From an uncultured candidate division Zixibacteria bacterium (GTDB taxonomy: Bacteria > Zixibacteria > MSB-5A5 > UBA10806 > 4484-95): a DNA stretch of 64,000 nt. Both the position numbers and the translations under genes were made by a program. The stretch covers positions 544,001 to 608,000 of the forward strand of contig CAXXKA010000001.1 in the NCBI GenBank assembly GCA_963668625.2, read 5' to 3'. Of the stretch, positions 51,274 through 61,539 are shown piece by piece. The notes under the pieces were generated by a model, which worked only from the letters and a program-made list of their open reading frames with translations, made no database searches and was not told the origin of the DNA. Each line of letters begins with the position of its first letter. Within the stretch, counting starts at the first letter, position 1.

Positions 51274-51651
51274 ATGCCATATTGTCCTGAGTGTAAGGGG
51301 GAATACGAGGTTGGTCTGGCAAGCTGCCCTGTTTGTGGATGTGAGCTGGAGGACGATGACGAGAACGAAGAAACCGAAATGTTAAAAGATGAAGTAGAGT
51401 TCCAGGAGGGCGGGAAGCCCGTGTTAATTTACCAGACAAATGAGCCGATGAATATCGAGCTGCTGGAGGAGGCCCTGAAAGACCAGGGTATACCCTGTCT
51501 GGTCAAACAGAACACCGGATCGTTTTCCGGACTCAGTTCGCTGAATGCCGTCTATAAGGACGCTAAAATATTCGTGCCCGAATGGGCTCTGGATAACGCC
51601 CTCGAGGTGGCAGAAACAGTAATCGCAGATTATGAGAGGCCTGATGATTAA
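51274..51651 (+). CDS. Zinc-ribbon + DUF2007-like protein
   Basis: CPEC.....CPVC; L...L...GIP...FVP. Confidence 0.75.
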   Translation: MPYCPECKGEYEVGLASCPVCGCELEDDDENEETEMLKDEVEFQEGGKPVLIYQTNEPMNIELLEEALKDQGIPCLVKQNTGSFSGLSSLNAVYKDAKIFVPEWALDNALEVAETVIADYERPDD

Positions 51652-52516
51652 ACACGGATTAATTTTAACCCTGGTTATCGCTGTCTCTTTAAGCGCTCTT
51701 TTTTATGCCTGTGATAAAGAGGAGCCGCCTCCGCAAGAAATATCGTTCGTATACGATATCCACGAGGCGTTAAAGCTGGCGGTTGAAAAAGAGCAGCCGG
51801 TCGTGGTGGAATTTTTCAAACCGGATTGCCCTTACAGTCGAATGATGGATGATTCGACTTTCAGCAGCAGTATCGTCATTTCGATGTCGTCCACGATGAT
51901 ATTCGCTAAAATTAACGCCCTGGTCGATACTATCGCGGCTGAGAATTATGGTGTTTCGTTCTACCCGACATTCATCGTATTCAAATCAAGCGGCGAGGAG
52001 ATCGACAGGCTGGTTGGCTACTACGGTCCCGGCGAGTTTTTCAACGAGGTTCAGCTTTTCATTCAGGGTAACGAAACTCTGAATGATTATCATATTCGCC
52101 TGGAGGATGAACCTGAACGCGCCGATTACAGTTTGATTATCGCCGAGAAATATAAGCATCGCTCCAACTGGGATAAAGCGCTGGAATATTACAACAATGT
52201 TCTGACTCTGGCTAACGAGGATAATACTTACGAAGTCGAAAGAGCTTTGCACGGTATCGCCGATGTTTATTGCGAGCAGGGTTTGTTCAAGCAGGCGGCA
52301 ATCAAGTATGAGGAGTTTTTACTTCAATATCCGCAATCGGAGTTAGCCGAGGATGCCGCTCGTAAACTGCCGTTCTGTCTGGCTCAGGATGGCCAGTTGG
52401 ATAGAGCAGCGGAGTTTTTCAAAAGTTATTTGGATAGCTACCCTAACGGTATTTATGCCGGCTGGGTGAAAGATAGAATCGATGAAATGGATAATTTCAT
52501 GAAAGCAGGTAAATAA
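51632..52516 (+). CDS. Lipoprotein with thioredoxin-like (CxxS) domain and TPRs
   Basis: Lipobox FYAC; DCPYS; YPT cis-Pro; BamD/YbgF-like TPRs (QYPQS, SYPNG); start may be 51644. Confidence 0.75.
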   Translation: MRGLMIKHGLILTLVIAVSLSALFYACDKEEPPPQEISFVYDIHEALKLAVEKEQPVVVEFFKPDCPYSRMMDDSTFSSSIVISMSSTMIFAKINALVDTIAAENYGVSFYPTFIVFKSSGEEIDRLVGYYGPGEFFNEVQLFIQGNETLNDYHIRLEDEPERADYSLIIAEKYKHRSNWDKALEYYNNVLTLANEDNTYEVERALHGIADVYCEQGLFKQAAIKYEEFLLQYPQSELAEDAARKLPFCLAQDGQLDRAAEFFKSYLDSYPNGIYAGWVKDRIDEMDNFMKAGK

Positions 52517-52518
52517 AG

Positions 52519-53973
52519 TTGTACGATAAATCGTTAATCGAACTTTCCAGTCCCGGGCATATCGGATTTTCGTTGCCGGAACTGCCCGAGGATTATACCG
52601 GACCGGAGGATTATATTCCTCTTTCGATGCTTCGCAAGGAGGAGCCGAAACTCCCCGAGTTGGCGGAGCCGGAGGCGGTTCGGCATTTTATCGCCTTATC
52701 GGTGAAAAACCATCACATAGATAAAGGTTTTTACCCGCTCGGCTCTTGTACGATGAAATACAATCCCAAGCTAAACGAGTATACCGCCAATCTTCCCGGT
52801 TTTAACGCCGCTCATCCGCACGCGCCCGCCGATTCCGTGCAGGGGACTCTTCAGCTTTTATACGAGCTACAAGATATTCTGGCGGCTGTTTCAGGCATGG
52901 ATAATATTACGCTTCAACCGGCGGCCGGTGCTCATGGAGAATTTACCGCGCTTCTGTTGATGCGGGCATATCATCAAAGCAAAGGTGAAAACAGGAAGAA
53001 CATAATCATACCGGATTCCGCTCACGGCACTAATCCCGCCTCGGTGGCGCAGGCCGGTTTCAACACGATAAAGATCCCTTCCAATGATAAAGGTCTGGTT
53101 GATATCGAAAAGCTGGCGGAGCTGTGCGATTCCGATACCGCCGGATTTATGCTTACCAATCCCAATACCCTGGGGCTGTTCGAGCAGGATATCGAGAAAA
53201 TCGCGGCGGTGGTTCACGACTGCGGCGGCCTTCTGTACATGGATGGCGCAAACTTGAACGCGCTATTGGGCCTGGTTCGTCCCGGCGATATGGGATTCGA
53301 TATCGTACATTTCAATTTCCATAAGACTTTTTCAACACCTCATGGCGGTGGTGGTCCCGGCGGCGGAGCATTGGGTATCAAGGCGATTCTCGAGCCGTTT
53401 TTGCCGGCTCCGGTGATCACTCGGAAAACCTCTAAAGCCAGCAAGGTGTCGTACTTCCTGGAGTATAATCGCCCCGATTCAATCGGCAGGATTCATGGTT
53501 TCAACGGCAATATCGCCGTGGCAATCAGGGCATACACATATATCAGGAAACACGGCCCGGAGGGCTTGAAACAGATATCCAAAACCGCCATCGTGAACGC
53601 TAATTATCTTAAAGAGAATCTGCGGAAATACTACGATCTGCCGCATGAACGGGCCTGCATGCATGAGTTCGTCCTATCCGGCGACCGTCAGGCTAAAAAA
53701 GGCGTGAAGGTGCTGAATATAGCCAAGCGTATTCTGGACTTCGGAGTTCATGCACCGACCGTTTATTTCCCGCTTATCGTGCACGAGGCATTGATGATCG
53801 AGCCGACCGAGTCGGAAAGCAGGCAATCACTCGATTACTTTATCGAGGTGATGAAGCAAATCGCCGATGAGGTCGATAACGATCCGGATAAAGTGTTGAA
53901 TGCGCCGCACACCACCGTGGTTGGTCGTCTGGATGAGGCCAAAGCGGCTAAGGATATGAATGTTTGCTGGTAA
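52519..53973 (+). CDS. gcvPB: Glycine dehydrogenase subunit 2
   Basis: YPLGSCTMKYNP, SAHGTNPAS, HKTFSTPHGGGGPG, IEPTESES. Confidence 0.96.
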   Translation: MYDKSLIELSSPGHIGFSLPELPEDYTGPEDYIPLSMLRKEEPKLPELAEPEAVRHFIALSVKNHHIDKGFYPLGSCTMKYNPKLNEYTANLPGFNAAHPHAPADSVQGTLQLLYELQDILAAVSGMDNITLQPAAGAHGEFTALLLMRAYHQSKGENRKNIIIPDSAHGTNPASVAQAGFNTIKIPSNDKGLVDIEKLAELCDSDTAGFMLTNPNTLGLFEQDIEKIAAVVHDCGGLLYMDGANLNALLGLVRPGDMGFDIVHFNFHKTFSTPHGGGGPGGGALGIKAILEPFLPAPVITRKTSKASKVSYFLEYNRPDSIGRIHGFNGNIAVAIRAYTYIRKHGPEGLKQISKTAIVNANYLKENLRKYYDLPHERACMHEFVLSGDRQAKKGVKVLNIAKRILDFGVHAPTVYFPLIVHEALMIEPTESESRQSLDYFIEVMKQIADEVDNDPDKVLNAPHTTVVGRLDEAKAAKDMNVCW

Positions 53974-53994
53974 GGATTACCGATAGAATTATTC

Positions 53995-54024
53995 AAACCG
54001 CGATGTTTTATTCGCGGTTTTTTT
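53995..54024 (+). terminator. Intrinsic terminator
   Basis: aaaccgcga...tcgcgg-T7. Confidence 0.8.
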
Positions 54025-54092
54025 ATTATATTAAAGTTGTTGGGAGAAAGCGCAACCTTGAGCCGTATTACCGGAATAGTCTGAGTTAGATA

Positions 54093-55517
54093 ATGAACAA
54101 ACTTTACTGTCTAAAACATATCAGCCTGAGCTATTCGATTTTCGATAGCGAAACCACCGAGAATATATCGATTAAGGCTCTGGATGATATTTCTCTGGAT
54201 ATCTATGAGAATGAGTTCATCGCGATCGCGGGCAGGAACGGCTCGGGAAAAACCTCCCTGGGGAAGCTGATGGCAGGTCTCGCGGGTTCGTTTGAAGGGG
54301 AGCTTCACTACAGAGGCAAGCCGGTAAAGGAATATAACCGTGAAATATTCCGGGATGTCGGTATGGTGATTCAGGAACCTCAAAACCAGTTGTTGATGCC
54401 GACAGTGGCAAAGGAGCTGGCGTATCCTCTGGAAAATCGCGGAGTGGGTAAAAACGATATTACTACGAAAGTATTTAAGCAGTCGGAGACATTCGGATTG
54501 AGCGCCTATCTCGAACGAAGTCCCGATCAACTCTCCGGCGGGCAAACTACCGCGCTGGCTCTGGCCTCGATATTGATAACCGAACCCGAGACTGTTATTC
54601 TCGATGAACCGGACTCGCATTTCGATGATTCATCCAAAACAGTGCTCAGGGATTTCATTGCAAGATACCGGGGTAAAAAAACGATTATCCTGATCACGCA
54701 ATATCCGGAGGCGGCACAGAGCGCCGATAGAGTTATCAATATTTCTGATGGTAAATCCAATCAAACCGGGATGCTAAAACGCGAATCAATTCGGAATCGT
54801 AAAGTATACGATTATGGCAACGCGGTTGAATCTACACCTTGTCTTGAATTCCAGAATGTAAGTTACGAATATGAAAAGAACAGTGTGGCTCTCGGAAATA
54901 TCAACTTGATTATCAATCGCACCGAGAGAGTGGGTATAGTCGGAGGCATGGGCGCAGGGAAGACTACGCTGGGATTGATCGCCTCAGGCTTGCTCGAGCC
55001 TACCCAGGGGCAAGTGATGGTCGCGGGGATGGCTCTCGACAAGTATGATGAGATCGATTTGCGCCGAAAGGTATCGTATTCGATGCAGTTTCCTGAAAGG
55101 GCGTTATTCGGTGAAACTGTCAGGAAGGATATTGCGATCGGACCCGAGAATCTTACAATCGAGAATATCGATGATTCGGTTGATAAATACATTAATACTT
55201 TCAATATAGATAAACTTTCCAACCGTCACCCATTCGCACTTTCTGGAGGGGAGAAACGACGTGCGGCTCTAGCCGGGATTTTGGCTATGAATACGGAGAT
55301 AGTCATACTGGATGAGCCAACAGCCGCGCTGGATATCGAGACAGTGAATCGGCTAACCGAAATTCTATATTCACTGGAGGATAAAACTATTATAATAATC
55401 AGTCACGATATCGATTTCATCACAGCTAATTGCAATAGAGTTATTGAATTAAAACAGGGAAGAGTTGAAGCTGACATGCCTGTTGCCGACTTTTTATCCA
55501 CCAAGAAAAAAACCTGA
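54093..55517 (+). CDS. Fused tandem ECF-transporter ATPase (two NBDs)
   Basis: GRNGSGKT / LSGGQ / LDEP and GGMGAGKT / QFPE / HPFALSGGEKRR / LDEPT. Confidence 0.88.
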   Translation: MNKLYCLKHISLSYSIFDSETTENISIKALDDISLDIYENEFIAIAGRNGSGKTSLGKLMAGLAGSFEGELHYRGKPVKEYNREIFRDVGMVIQEPQNQLLMPTVAKELAYPLENRGVGKNDITTKVFKQSETFGLSAYLERSPDQLSGGQTTALALASILITEPETVILDEPDSHFDDSSKTVLRDFIARYRGKKTIILITQYPEAAQSADRVINISDGKSNQTGMLKRESIRNRKVYDYGNAVESTPCLEFQNVSYEYEKNSVALGNINLIINRTERVGIVGGMGAGKTTLGLIASGLLEPTQGQVMVAGMALDKYDEIDLRRKVSYSMQFPERALFGETVRKDIAIGPENLTIENIDDSVDKYINTFNIDKLSNRHPFALSGGEKRRAALAGILAMNTEIVILDEPTAALDIETVNRLTEILYSLEDKTIIIISHDIDFITANCNRVIELKQGRVEADMPVADFLSTKKKT

Positions 55518-55609
55518 TTTGTCTTTATTAAACCTCCCATAATACTATCAAATCCGATGGGAACATTCGGCTGTCCAGGTATTGTTTATAATGAAAATGA
55601 GGATCATTT

Positions 55610-56017
55610 ATGATTAAAATACTATCAAAAATCCTGGTGGCGGCGTTTGGCGTATTTATTTTCGCTGGATGCTCCGGCAGCAACCCCGCTGGTAATGATA
55701 TCCCCGATGCCCCGACCAATCTCTCAGGCGAGGCAACCGGGGCTTACTCGATTCAACTATACTGGGCGGATAACTCGGAAAACGAGGATGTTTTCCTGCT
55801 TTACAGATCGGTTGGCGGCCCATACGAATTGACGGCCGAGTTGGATGCCAATACTGATGCTTATAACGATCAAATCAATTTCAGTTGTGTCGAGGTGGGG
55901 TATTACATTGTTGCCAGTAATGGGGCAGGAAACTCATCCAACTCCAATTTCATAAATGTGCCGTTACTCTGCGGCCCGGAAAACAGTGATACCTTGAGCT
56001 TGCCATTCGCCAGATAG
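55610..56017 (+). CDS. Lipoprotein with fibronectin type III domain
   Basis: Lipobox FAGC; PDAPTNL....I.L.W.DNS.NE..F...RS; Y.I.A.N..G.S. Confidence 0.8.
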   Translation: MIKILSKILVAAFGVFIFAGCSGSNPAGNDIPDAPTNLSGEATGAYSIQLYWADNSENEDVFLLYRSVGGPYELTAELDANTDAYNDQINFSCVEVGYYIVASNGAGNSSNSNFINVPLLCGPENSDTLSLPFAR

Positions 56018-56259
56018 CGAGATTATCCGAAACCAGCGGATGTGGTTGAGCAACTAGGCAAGCTGTAGCTTCTCACAACCTGAGATCGACCAGGCTGAAT
56101 CTATCGATACTTTCGGCTTTTTAGATCATATCTGTTATCATCTTTGCTTGACTTAGCTCCTAAAAATTAGCATTATACCTATCGAAATGAGCTGTCACGC
56201 TCATACCTCTAATTGAAAACGTAACCTGATTTATAAATGAAAATTAGTAGGAGGAATAG

Positions 56260-57444
56260 ATGTCTGAACAGGCTGTAATCGTATCCGCGTGCAGAACAGC
56301 TATAGGTACATTTTTAGGTGGGCTAGCTCCTGTGACCGCCCCGAAACTTGGCGCTATTGCCATAAAAGAGGCTGTCAAACGCTCCGGTGTAGATCCCGAG
56401 AAAATCGATGAGGTGATAATGGGGCAGGTGGTTCAAGGTGGTTCCGGCCAGGCTCCAGCCCGTCAGGCCTCCGTGCATTCCGGTTTGCCTACGAAAATTC
56501 CGGCCATGACAATCAATAAAGTATGCGGCTCCGGTTTGAAAGCCGTGATGATTGCCGCCTCCGAGATAAAAGCCGGGGATGGCCACTGCTTCGTTGCCGG
56601 TGGACAGGAGTCGATGTCCAACTGTCCGTTCATTCTTCAGGGCGCGAGGCAAGGATTGAAATTCGGCGATCAAAAGCTGAAAGACCTGATGATTCTTGAT
56701 GGCCTGTGGGATAGTTTCAACAATTTCCACATGGGGCTGGCGGCAGAATATACCGCCGAGAAAGCCGGCTTGACCAGAAAAGACCTGGATGAATACGCTG
56801 CTAATTCGCAGAATAAAGCCGCTAAAGCCAGTGAGGATGGTAAATTCAAAGCCGAAATTACCCCGGTGGAGATTCCCCAGCGTAAAGGTGATCCGATTAT
56901 TTTCGATACCGACCAGGGCCCTCGTCCCGGTACGACTGTCGAGAAGCTGGGCAAGCTTCGACCGGCGTTTACCAAAGATGGTATAGTCACCGCCGGTAAT
57001 TCTCCCGGTTTGAATGATGGCGCCTCGGCTCTGGTGGTGACCTCCGAATCGTTCGCCAAAGAGAATAATCTCAAACCGCTGGCCCGGGTTATCGATTACA
57101 CCTCGGCTCATAAAGACCCCAAAGAGCTGTTTTTCGCTCCTATCGATGCCGTGAATATGCTGACCAAAAAGATGGGAGTCGATATTAATCACTGGGACCT
57201 GATCGAGGCCAACGAGGCTTTCGCCGCGCAGTGTTTAGCTGATGGCAACGCGCTCGGTTGGGACTACGATAAGGTTAATGTCAACGGCGGCGCAATAGCG
57301 TTGGGTCATCCGATAGGCGCCTCAGGCGCGCGCGTGCTTACCACTTTGATTTATGCTCTGAAAGATCGCGGCCTTAAAAAAGGTATGGCAACGTTATGTC
57401 TCGGCGGCGGCGGAGCGGTAGCAATGGCTATTGAGTTGATGTAG
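56260..57444 (+). CDS. Acetyl-CoA C-acetyltransferase (thiolase)
   Basis: NKVCGSG, EANEAFAA, GHPIGASG, CLGGG. Confidence 0.96.
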   Translation: MSEQAVIVSACRTAIGTFLGGLAPVTAPKLGAIAIKEAVKRSGVDPEKIDEVIMGQVVQGGSGQAPARQASVHSGLPTKIPAMTINKVCGSGLKAVMIAASEIKAGDGHCFVAGGQESMSNCPFILQGARQGLKFGDQKLKDLMILDGLWDSFNNFHMGLAAEYTAEKAGLTRKDLDEYAANSQNKAAKASEDGKFKAEITPVEIPQRKGDPIIFDTDQGPRPGTTVEKLGKLRPAFTKDGIVTAGNSPGLNDGASALVVTSESFAKENNLKPLARVIDYTSAHKDPKELFFAPIDAVNMLTKKMGVDINHWDLIEANEAFAAQCLADGNALGWDYDKVNVNGGAIALGHPIGASGARVLTTLIYALKDRGLKKGMATLCLGGGGAVAMAIELM

Positions 57445-57471
57445 TCAGCAGTTTTATAACAACGATTATTG

Positions 57472-57640
57472 TAAGGGCGTTCGACTGGACGCCCTTTACT
57501 TTTGCCCACTCATTACGAAGCGCTGCTTCGTAATGTTGCTGGAGATGGCAGAATAATACACTTTTGCTGGTGATGACAAGGCTTTAAAGCAGCGCCTGGG
57601 AATCAAGAGATAAGGGCATTCGATTGGACGCCCTTTTACT
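57472..57640 (+). terminator. Duplicated terminator hairpin (57472-57500, 57611-57640) flanking REPIN copy D
   Basis: taagggcgttcgactggacgccctttact vs taagggcattcgattggacgcccttttact. Confidence 0.75.
57509..57607. repeat. REPIN-like element, copy D
   Basis: ctcattacgaagcgctgcttcgtaatg ... aagcagcgcctgggaatcaag. Confidence 0.7.
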
Positions 57641-57744
57641 ATATATCAGCTTAAAATACCTTTTGACCGGCCATCATAATCATCCTATTATAGGAAACTA
57701 TAGGATAGCTAATTGGAGTATTAATTTCAAAAGGAGATATTGTA

Positions 57745-58149
57745 ATGAGCATGCCAAGGATAACCTTAGCCTACGCGGTGATATTAATAATAATCGGATT
57801 GATCGGATACATGGCCTCGGGGATGGCCAGTATAACGGCCTTGATACCGTCCTTTTTCGGCGTGGTATTTGTCGTATTGGGCATAATGGCGATGTTCGAG
57901 AATATGCGCAAGAACGCCATGCACGTGGCCGCGGTGATATCTTTTATCGCGCTCCTGTTCACGATCGGTGGTATTTTTGATGTCTTTTCCATGCTTTCGG
58001 GAACTGAGCTCGAGCGACCCGGCGCGGCCGTGGCCAAAGCGTTTATGGCGATTTTCTCACTGGTATATTTTGCCATATGTCTATGGTCATTCGTCTCTGC
58101 CCGTTTACTGAAGAAAAACGATAAACCGGAAAAGCCGATTGAGGTTTGA
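57745..58149 (+). CDS. Small 4-TM membrane protein (TMEM14-like)
   Basis: G..GY...G..S.TALIP..FG; AMH.A; SF..AR. Confidence 0.75.
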   Translation: MSMPRITLAYAVILIIIGLIGYMASGMASITALIPSFFGVVFVVLGIMAMFENMRKNAMHVAAVISFIALLFTIGGIFDVFSMLSGTELERPGAAVAKAFMAIFSLVYFAICLWSFVSARLLKKNDKPEKPIEV

Positions 58150-58177
58150 TATCAGGAGAAGATTTCCATTAAAATAA

Positions 58178-58207
58178 AGGTTGGAGCACGAGAACGTACT
58201 CCAACCT
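58178..58207. repeat. REP-like palindrome related to 47929-47957
   Basis: aggttggagcacgagaacgtactccaacct. Confidence 0.65.
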
Positions 58208-58309
58208 GGAATGATTTTCACGAAAAGCAGATTGAGATTCAGCCGCCTCTATCAATAAACTGCAGGACATAGTTGAGGCATGGAATCTTGACCCAATCTC
58301 CTGCCATGT

Positions 58310-59984
58310 TTACCAGATATAATATCCTAGCCGTGCGCTGATACCGTAGTTACTTCCATCGATATCATTATAAAGACTTCCAGGCCTCGATGGCATACTG
58401 GCGCCGTTGTTGTAGCTAACGGAGGTCGTCAATGTCAATGGTATGGATATCCTATATGTGAGACTTCCGCTGATTCCGAATCCGAATTCGTTCAATGTCT
58501 CCGTACTGTGGTTCGTAATATCAGTCGATCCATTGTTTTCATCCGTAATTTTAGTATCCTGATCGAGGCTGAAATACCAGCTTTGGAAATTAACCCTGGC
58601 AGTTGTTCTCGAGCTGAAAATATATCTTACTTCGGAATTCAAAACGCATTCGTAAGCGTCATTATAATCATAGCGAGTTACGTATTTGCTATAGATATTT
58701 TCGCGAGTCAAATCCGCGTCATAGTTATTTATCTCTCTATAGTAATCAAGAAAATAAGTGCCGGTAGCGGATATATTTAATTGCCATTTGTGATTGAATG
58801 GTTTGTAATAATATCCTCCCAGTGTCAAATACGTAGAGGAACTGGTGTGTTTATTGTTTTCCTCCGAGGACGAGAATAAATTGGTTTCGCTTAAGGTATC
58901 GATCTCTTCGGGAGCGCCATCCGGATATTTAGTCTCCAGTTCATAAATATGGCTATCTGTTCGCGTAACTTCTTTTATCTTTTCGTAGTCAATACCTATA
59001 CCTGCCTTGAACTGCCAACCGAATTTCCTGTTGTCAGTAGGGAAGTATCGCCAGATATCATCAACAAGCAGGGTCGCGGTCGTGTGGTTGCCATCAAGGA
59101 TACCTTCTCTATCCAAGGTAGTCGATCAAGCCATCCAGTGCCTCTATATAGTGAAGCCGAGAGTCAATAGCGTACTCCAGCCTGTATTGATAAACCAGCG
59201 AAGAAAGCTCTATCATTTGTGATTTGGTCGGTTGGATTGCGATTAAGCCGGCTTTATCCAGCTCATCAATGATATACATTGCCGTTGATCCGAACTTGCC
59301 CTCGTATACATGTCCCCATCCCGGTAATAGCGCCGCTCTCATTCTATACGTATGCTGATCGCCATCTCTGTAAGTCCAGGTTTTATCTATTTCATTCTCG
59401 ATCGTATCCGGAAAAACCGGGTTGGTGTCAGACGTGTAGATGTATGAATCATCCTTTGGGGCTTCAGATAGACTTACAGCAGCAGCCAGGTTTGCCGAGA
59501 TAAAAAAGTCGTTTATGAGATAGTGTCCGGTTTCAATATATGGCTCGATTTGAAAATCATATCCTGTTCTCAATGAGGTTGAATTTCTCTGGTAATAATC
59601 ATTCGTGCCATACCAGTTGTTGCTGGAAAGTTCGGATCTCCTGTTTTGAATAGAGCCTTCGGTATCTAATTCGAATAGTAAAAAAGATGGTACTGTTTGG
59701 TATTCATATTTGTACCGAGCTGATGCTGATCCATTCTGATTATCCGTGTTAGTATCGTCTACTGTCCTGATATCCGGCATTGATATTGATGCACGATCAT
59801 ATTTGGTCTCCTGTCCGTTTATGCCAATATTACCATCAACTCTAAGCTGGCTGTCTGTAAATTTCTCCGGGATGAAATCCTCGATCATGAAATTATTTGT
59901 CTGGGATATTGCCATCCCCGGAATAAATAACAACATGAAATAGATGGTGATGATCATGCGTTTAAATCGATAGCTGTCTTTCAT
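58310..59984 (-). pseudogene. Outer-membrane beta-barrel-like protein split by a +1 frameshift near 59117 (~557 aa when joined)
   Basis: The 5' ORF has a signal peptide; the 3' ORF ends ARLGYYIW; deleting one base gives a continuous ...DYLDREGI... Confidence 0.7.
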
Positions 59985-60151
59985 ACATCCTCCTACTAAT
60001 TATTGTAATAAAAATCCTCTCAACTAATGTGTACTGGTACAAAGACAATAAGTTCCAGTATGAAGTTCGACATACGGCAAGCATTATCATCCGGTATAAT
60101 GAGTGATATAAAGGCGTGGTAGCGAAATCCCGATGATGTTATGTTATATCA

Positions 60152-61432
60152 TCAATTAATCAGGGAAATATTCGGGATTATTCCAGTTAAAGTAATCCCG
60201 ACATTAATGAAGTCTTCTTTTCGAGTATAACGCTCATATGTTGAGCCGTTATAAAAAGTTTCGGTTGTCTCCCAAAACGAATATTCGGCGTAGATATCGG
60301 CAATTATTTTTTTGAAGCTTACTGCGGTGCCGGCCGTAAATCCAATAAGATATGCCGGGGAGTTATCCGTTAATTCATCACTAATTATTGGAATGGCCTC
60401 GCTGAAAAATCCCATGCGGATAGGGTATTTACTTTTGTACTCCAGTCCCATCCTGATGGAGTGACCATTTTCGGTATCATCGAAAAGATTAGCGCGATTC
60501 AAATAAGTATCCAATTTGCAATCGTGAAACGGTCTATTGTCGTACTCGAAAGCCAGAATCGCTTGATCCGTCTCATATGACAGGCCCGCTCCGTATGTTG
60601 TAGGAATGTTGGCTTTTATGGTACGATAGTCATGGTATATGTATTCCATTCCGTAATAAAATTCGTGTTTATAATAGTAATGATTGGATTTATAGCAATA
60701 CTCGGGTTTTATCATAAAGGCGAACATGACAGTTTCGGTAAGTTGAATCGAGGTACTTATAGTCGAAAAAAAGGTATCGAAATAATAACCAAACTCTCTA
60801 TCTGATGAAGACTGCTGTCCTCTTATGTCAAGATTGTGGTTATCATCCTTGGAATTATATCTGCTTTTTAATGATTTATGCAAACCTGCGCCTATAGCTA
60901 TTCTATCGTTCAGTTTAGCCGCCAGAGCTATCGAAAGAGTTCTGATGCCTCCGTTGTTAGTAGTTTTTGAATCAGAGGTGTAATCATCATCCCGGTAATA
61001 CCGTTCGGATTTGGATTTCATAGCCCAATCCAAGTAAGTACTGACACCCAAGCCCAGTGAGATATTTCTGCCGGAGTCGGAATTATGATGAGTTAAAACG
61101 CAAGCGAATTGAGAGGCTTTGAAATATATCGGATATGATTCTGATAATTCATAGTTATGATTGCTTAAATTATTACTATCATCATTTATCCAACCACCGA
61201 TCAAGCGTCCCCCTATCTGTACCGAGTTGTCATCCCTTAAACAAAGGTTCGCCGGATTGGTAAATATCGCGTTTGCGCCAAAAGTCGTTACAAGCTCTGT
61301 CCGTCCCAGAGATCGGGCGCGGGCGTCATTGACAGAAGGGGTAAAGGCGACGATAGGGTTAATGCTATAATCAAATTGCGCGTATATAGTTGAGCAAAAT
61401 AACAGTATTATCAGTAATATTATTTTTCTCAT
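60152..61432 (-). CDS. Outer-membrane barrel of the FadL/PorV-like class
   Basis: Signal peptide; ARARSLG.......A.AIFTNPA.L N-terminal motif; amphipathic strands. Confidence 0.7.
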   Translation of the reverse strand: MRKIILLIILLFCSTIYAQFDYSINPIVAFTPSVNDARARSLGRTELVTTFGANAIFTNPANLCLRDDNSVQIGGRLIGGWINDDSNNLSNHNYELSESYPIYFKASQFACVLTHHNSDSGRNISLGLGVSTYLDWAMKSKSERYYRDDDYTSDSKTTNNGGIRTLSIALAAKLNDRIAIGAGLHKSLKSRYNSKDDNHNLDIRGQQSSSDREFGYYFDTFFSTISTSIQLTETVMFAFMIKPEYCYKSNHYYYKHEFYYGMEYIYHDYRTIKANIPTTYGAGLSYETDQAILAFEYDNRPFHDCKLDTYLNRANLFDDTENGHSIRMGLEYKSKYPIRMGFFSEAIPIISDELTDNSPAYLIGFTAGTAVSFKKIIADIYAEYSFWETTETFYNGSTYERYTRKEDFINVGITLTGIIPNISLIN

Positions 61433-61539
61433 TGTTAGCTTCCTACAATAATACTTTCTTAACCATAATGTTACTTATATAAAGCACGATTAAAAAACTC
61501 GTGTATAGTAAAAGTTAATAAAAACCTAAATATTAATTC

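Noticed and set aside
56020-56110. Possible riboswitch upstream of the thiolase gene
   Set aside because: Only weak stems, no known consensus, and it lies upstream of the likely promoter (TTGACT at 56148)
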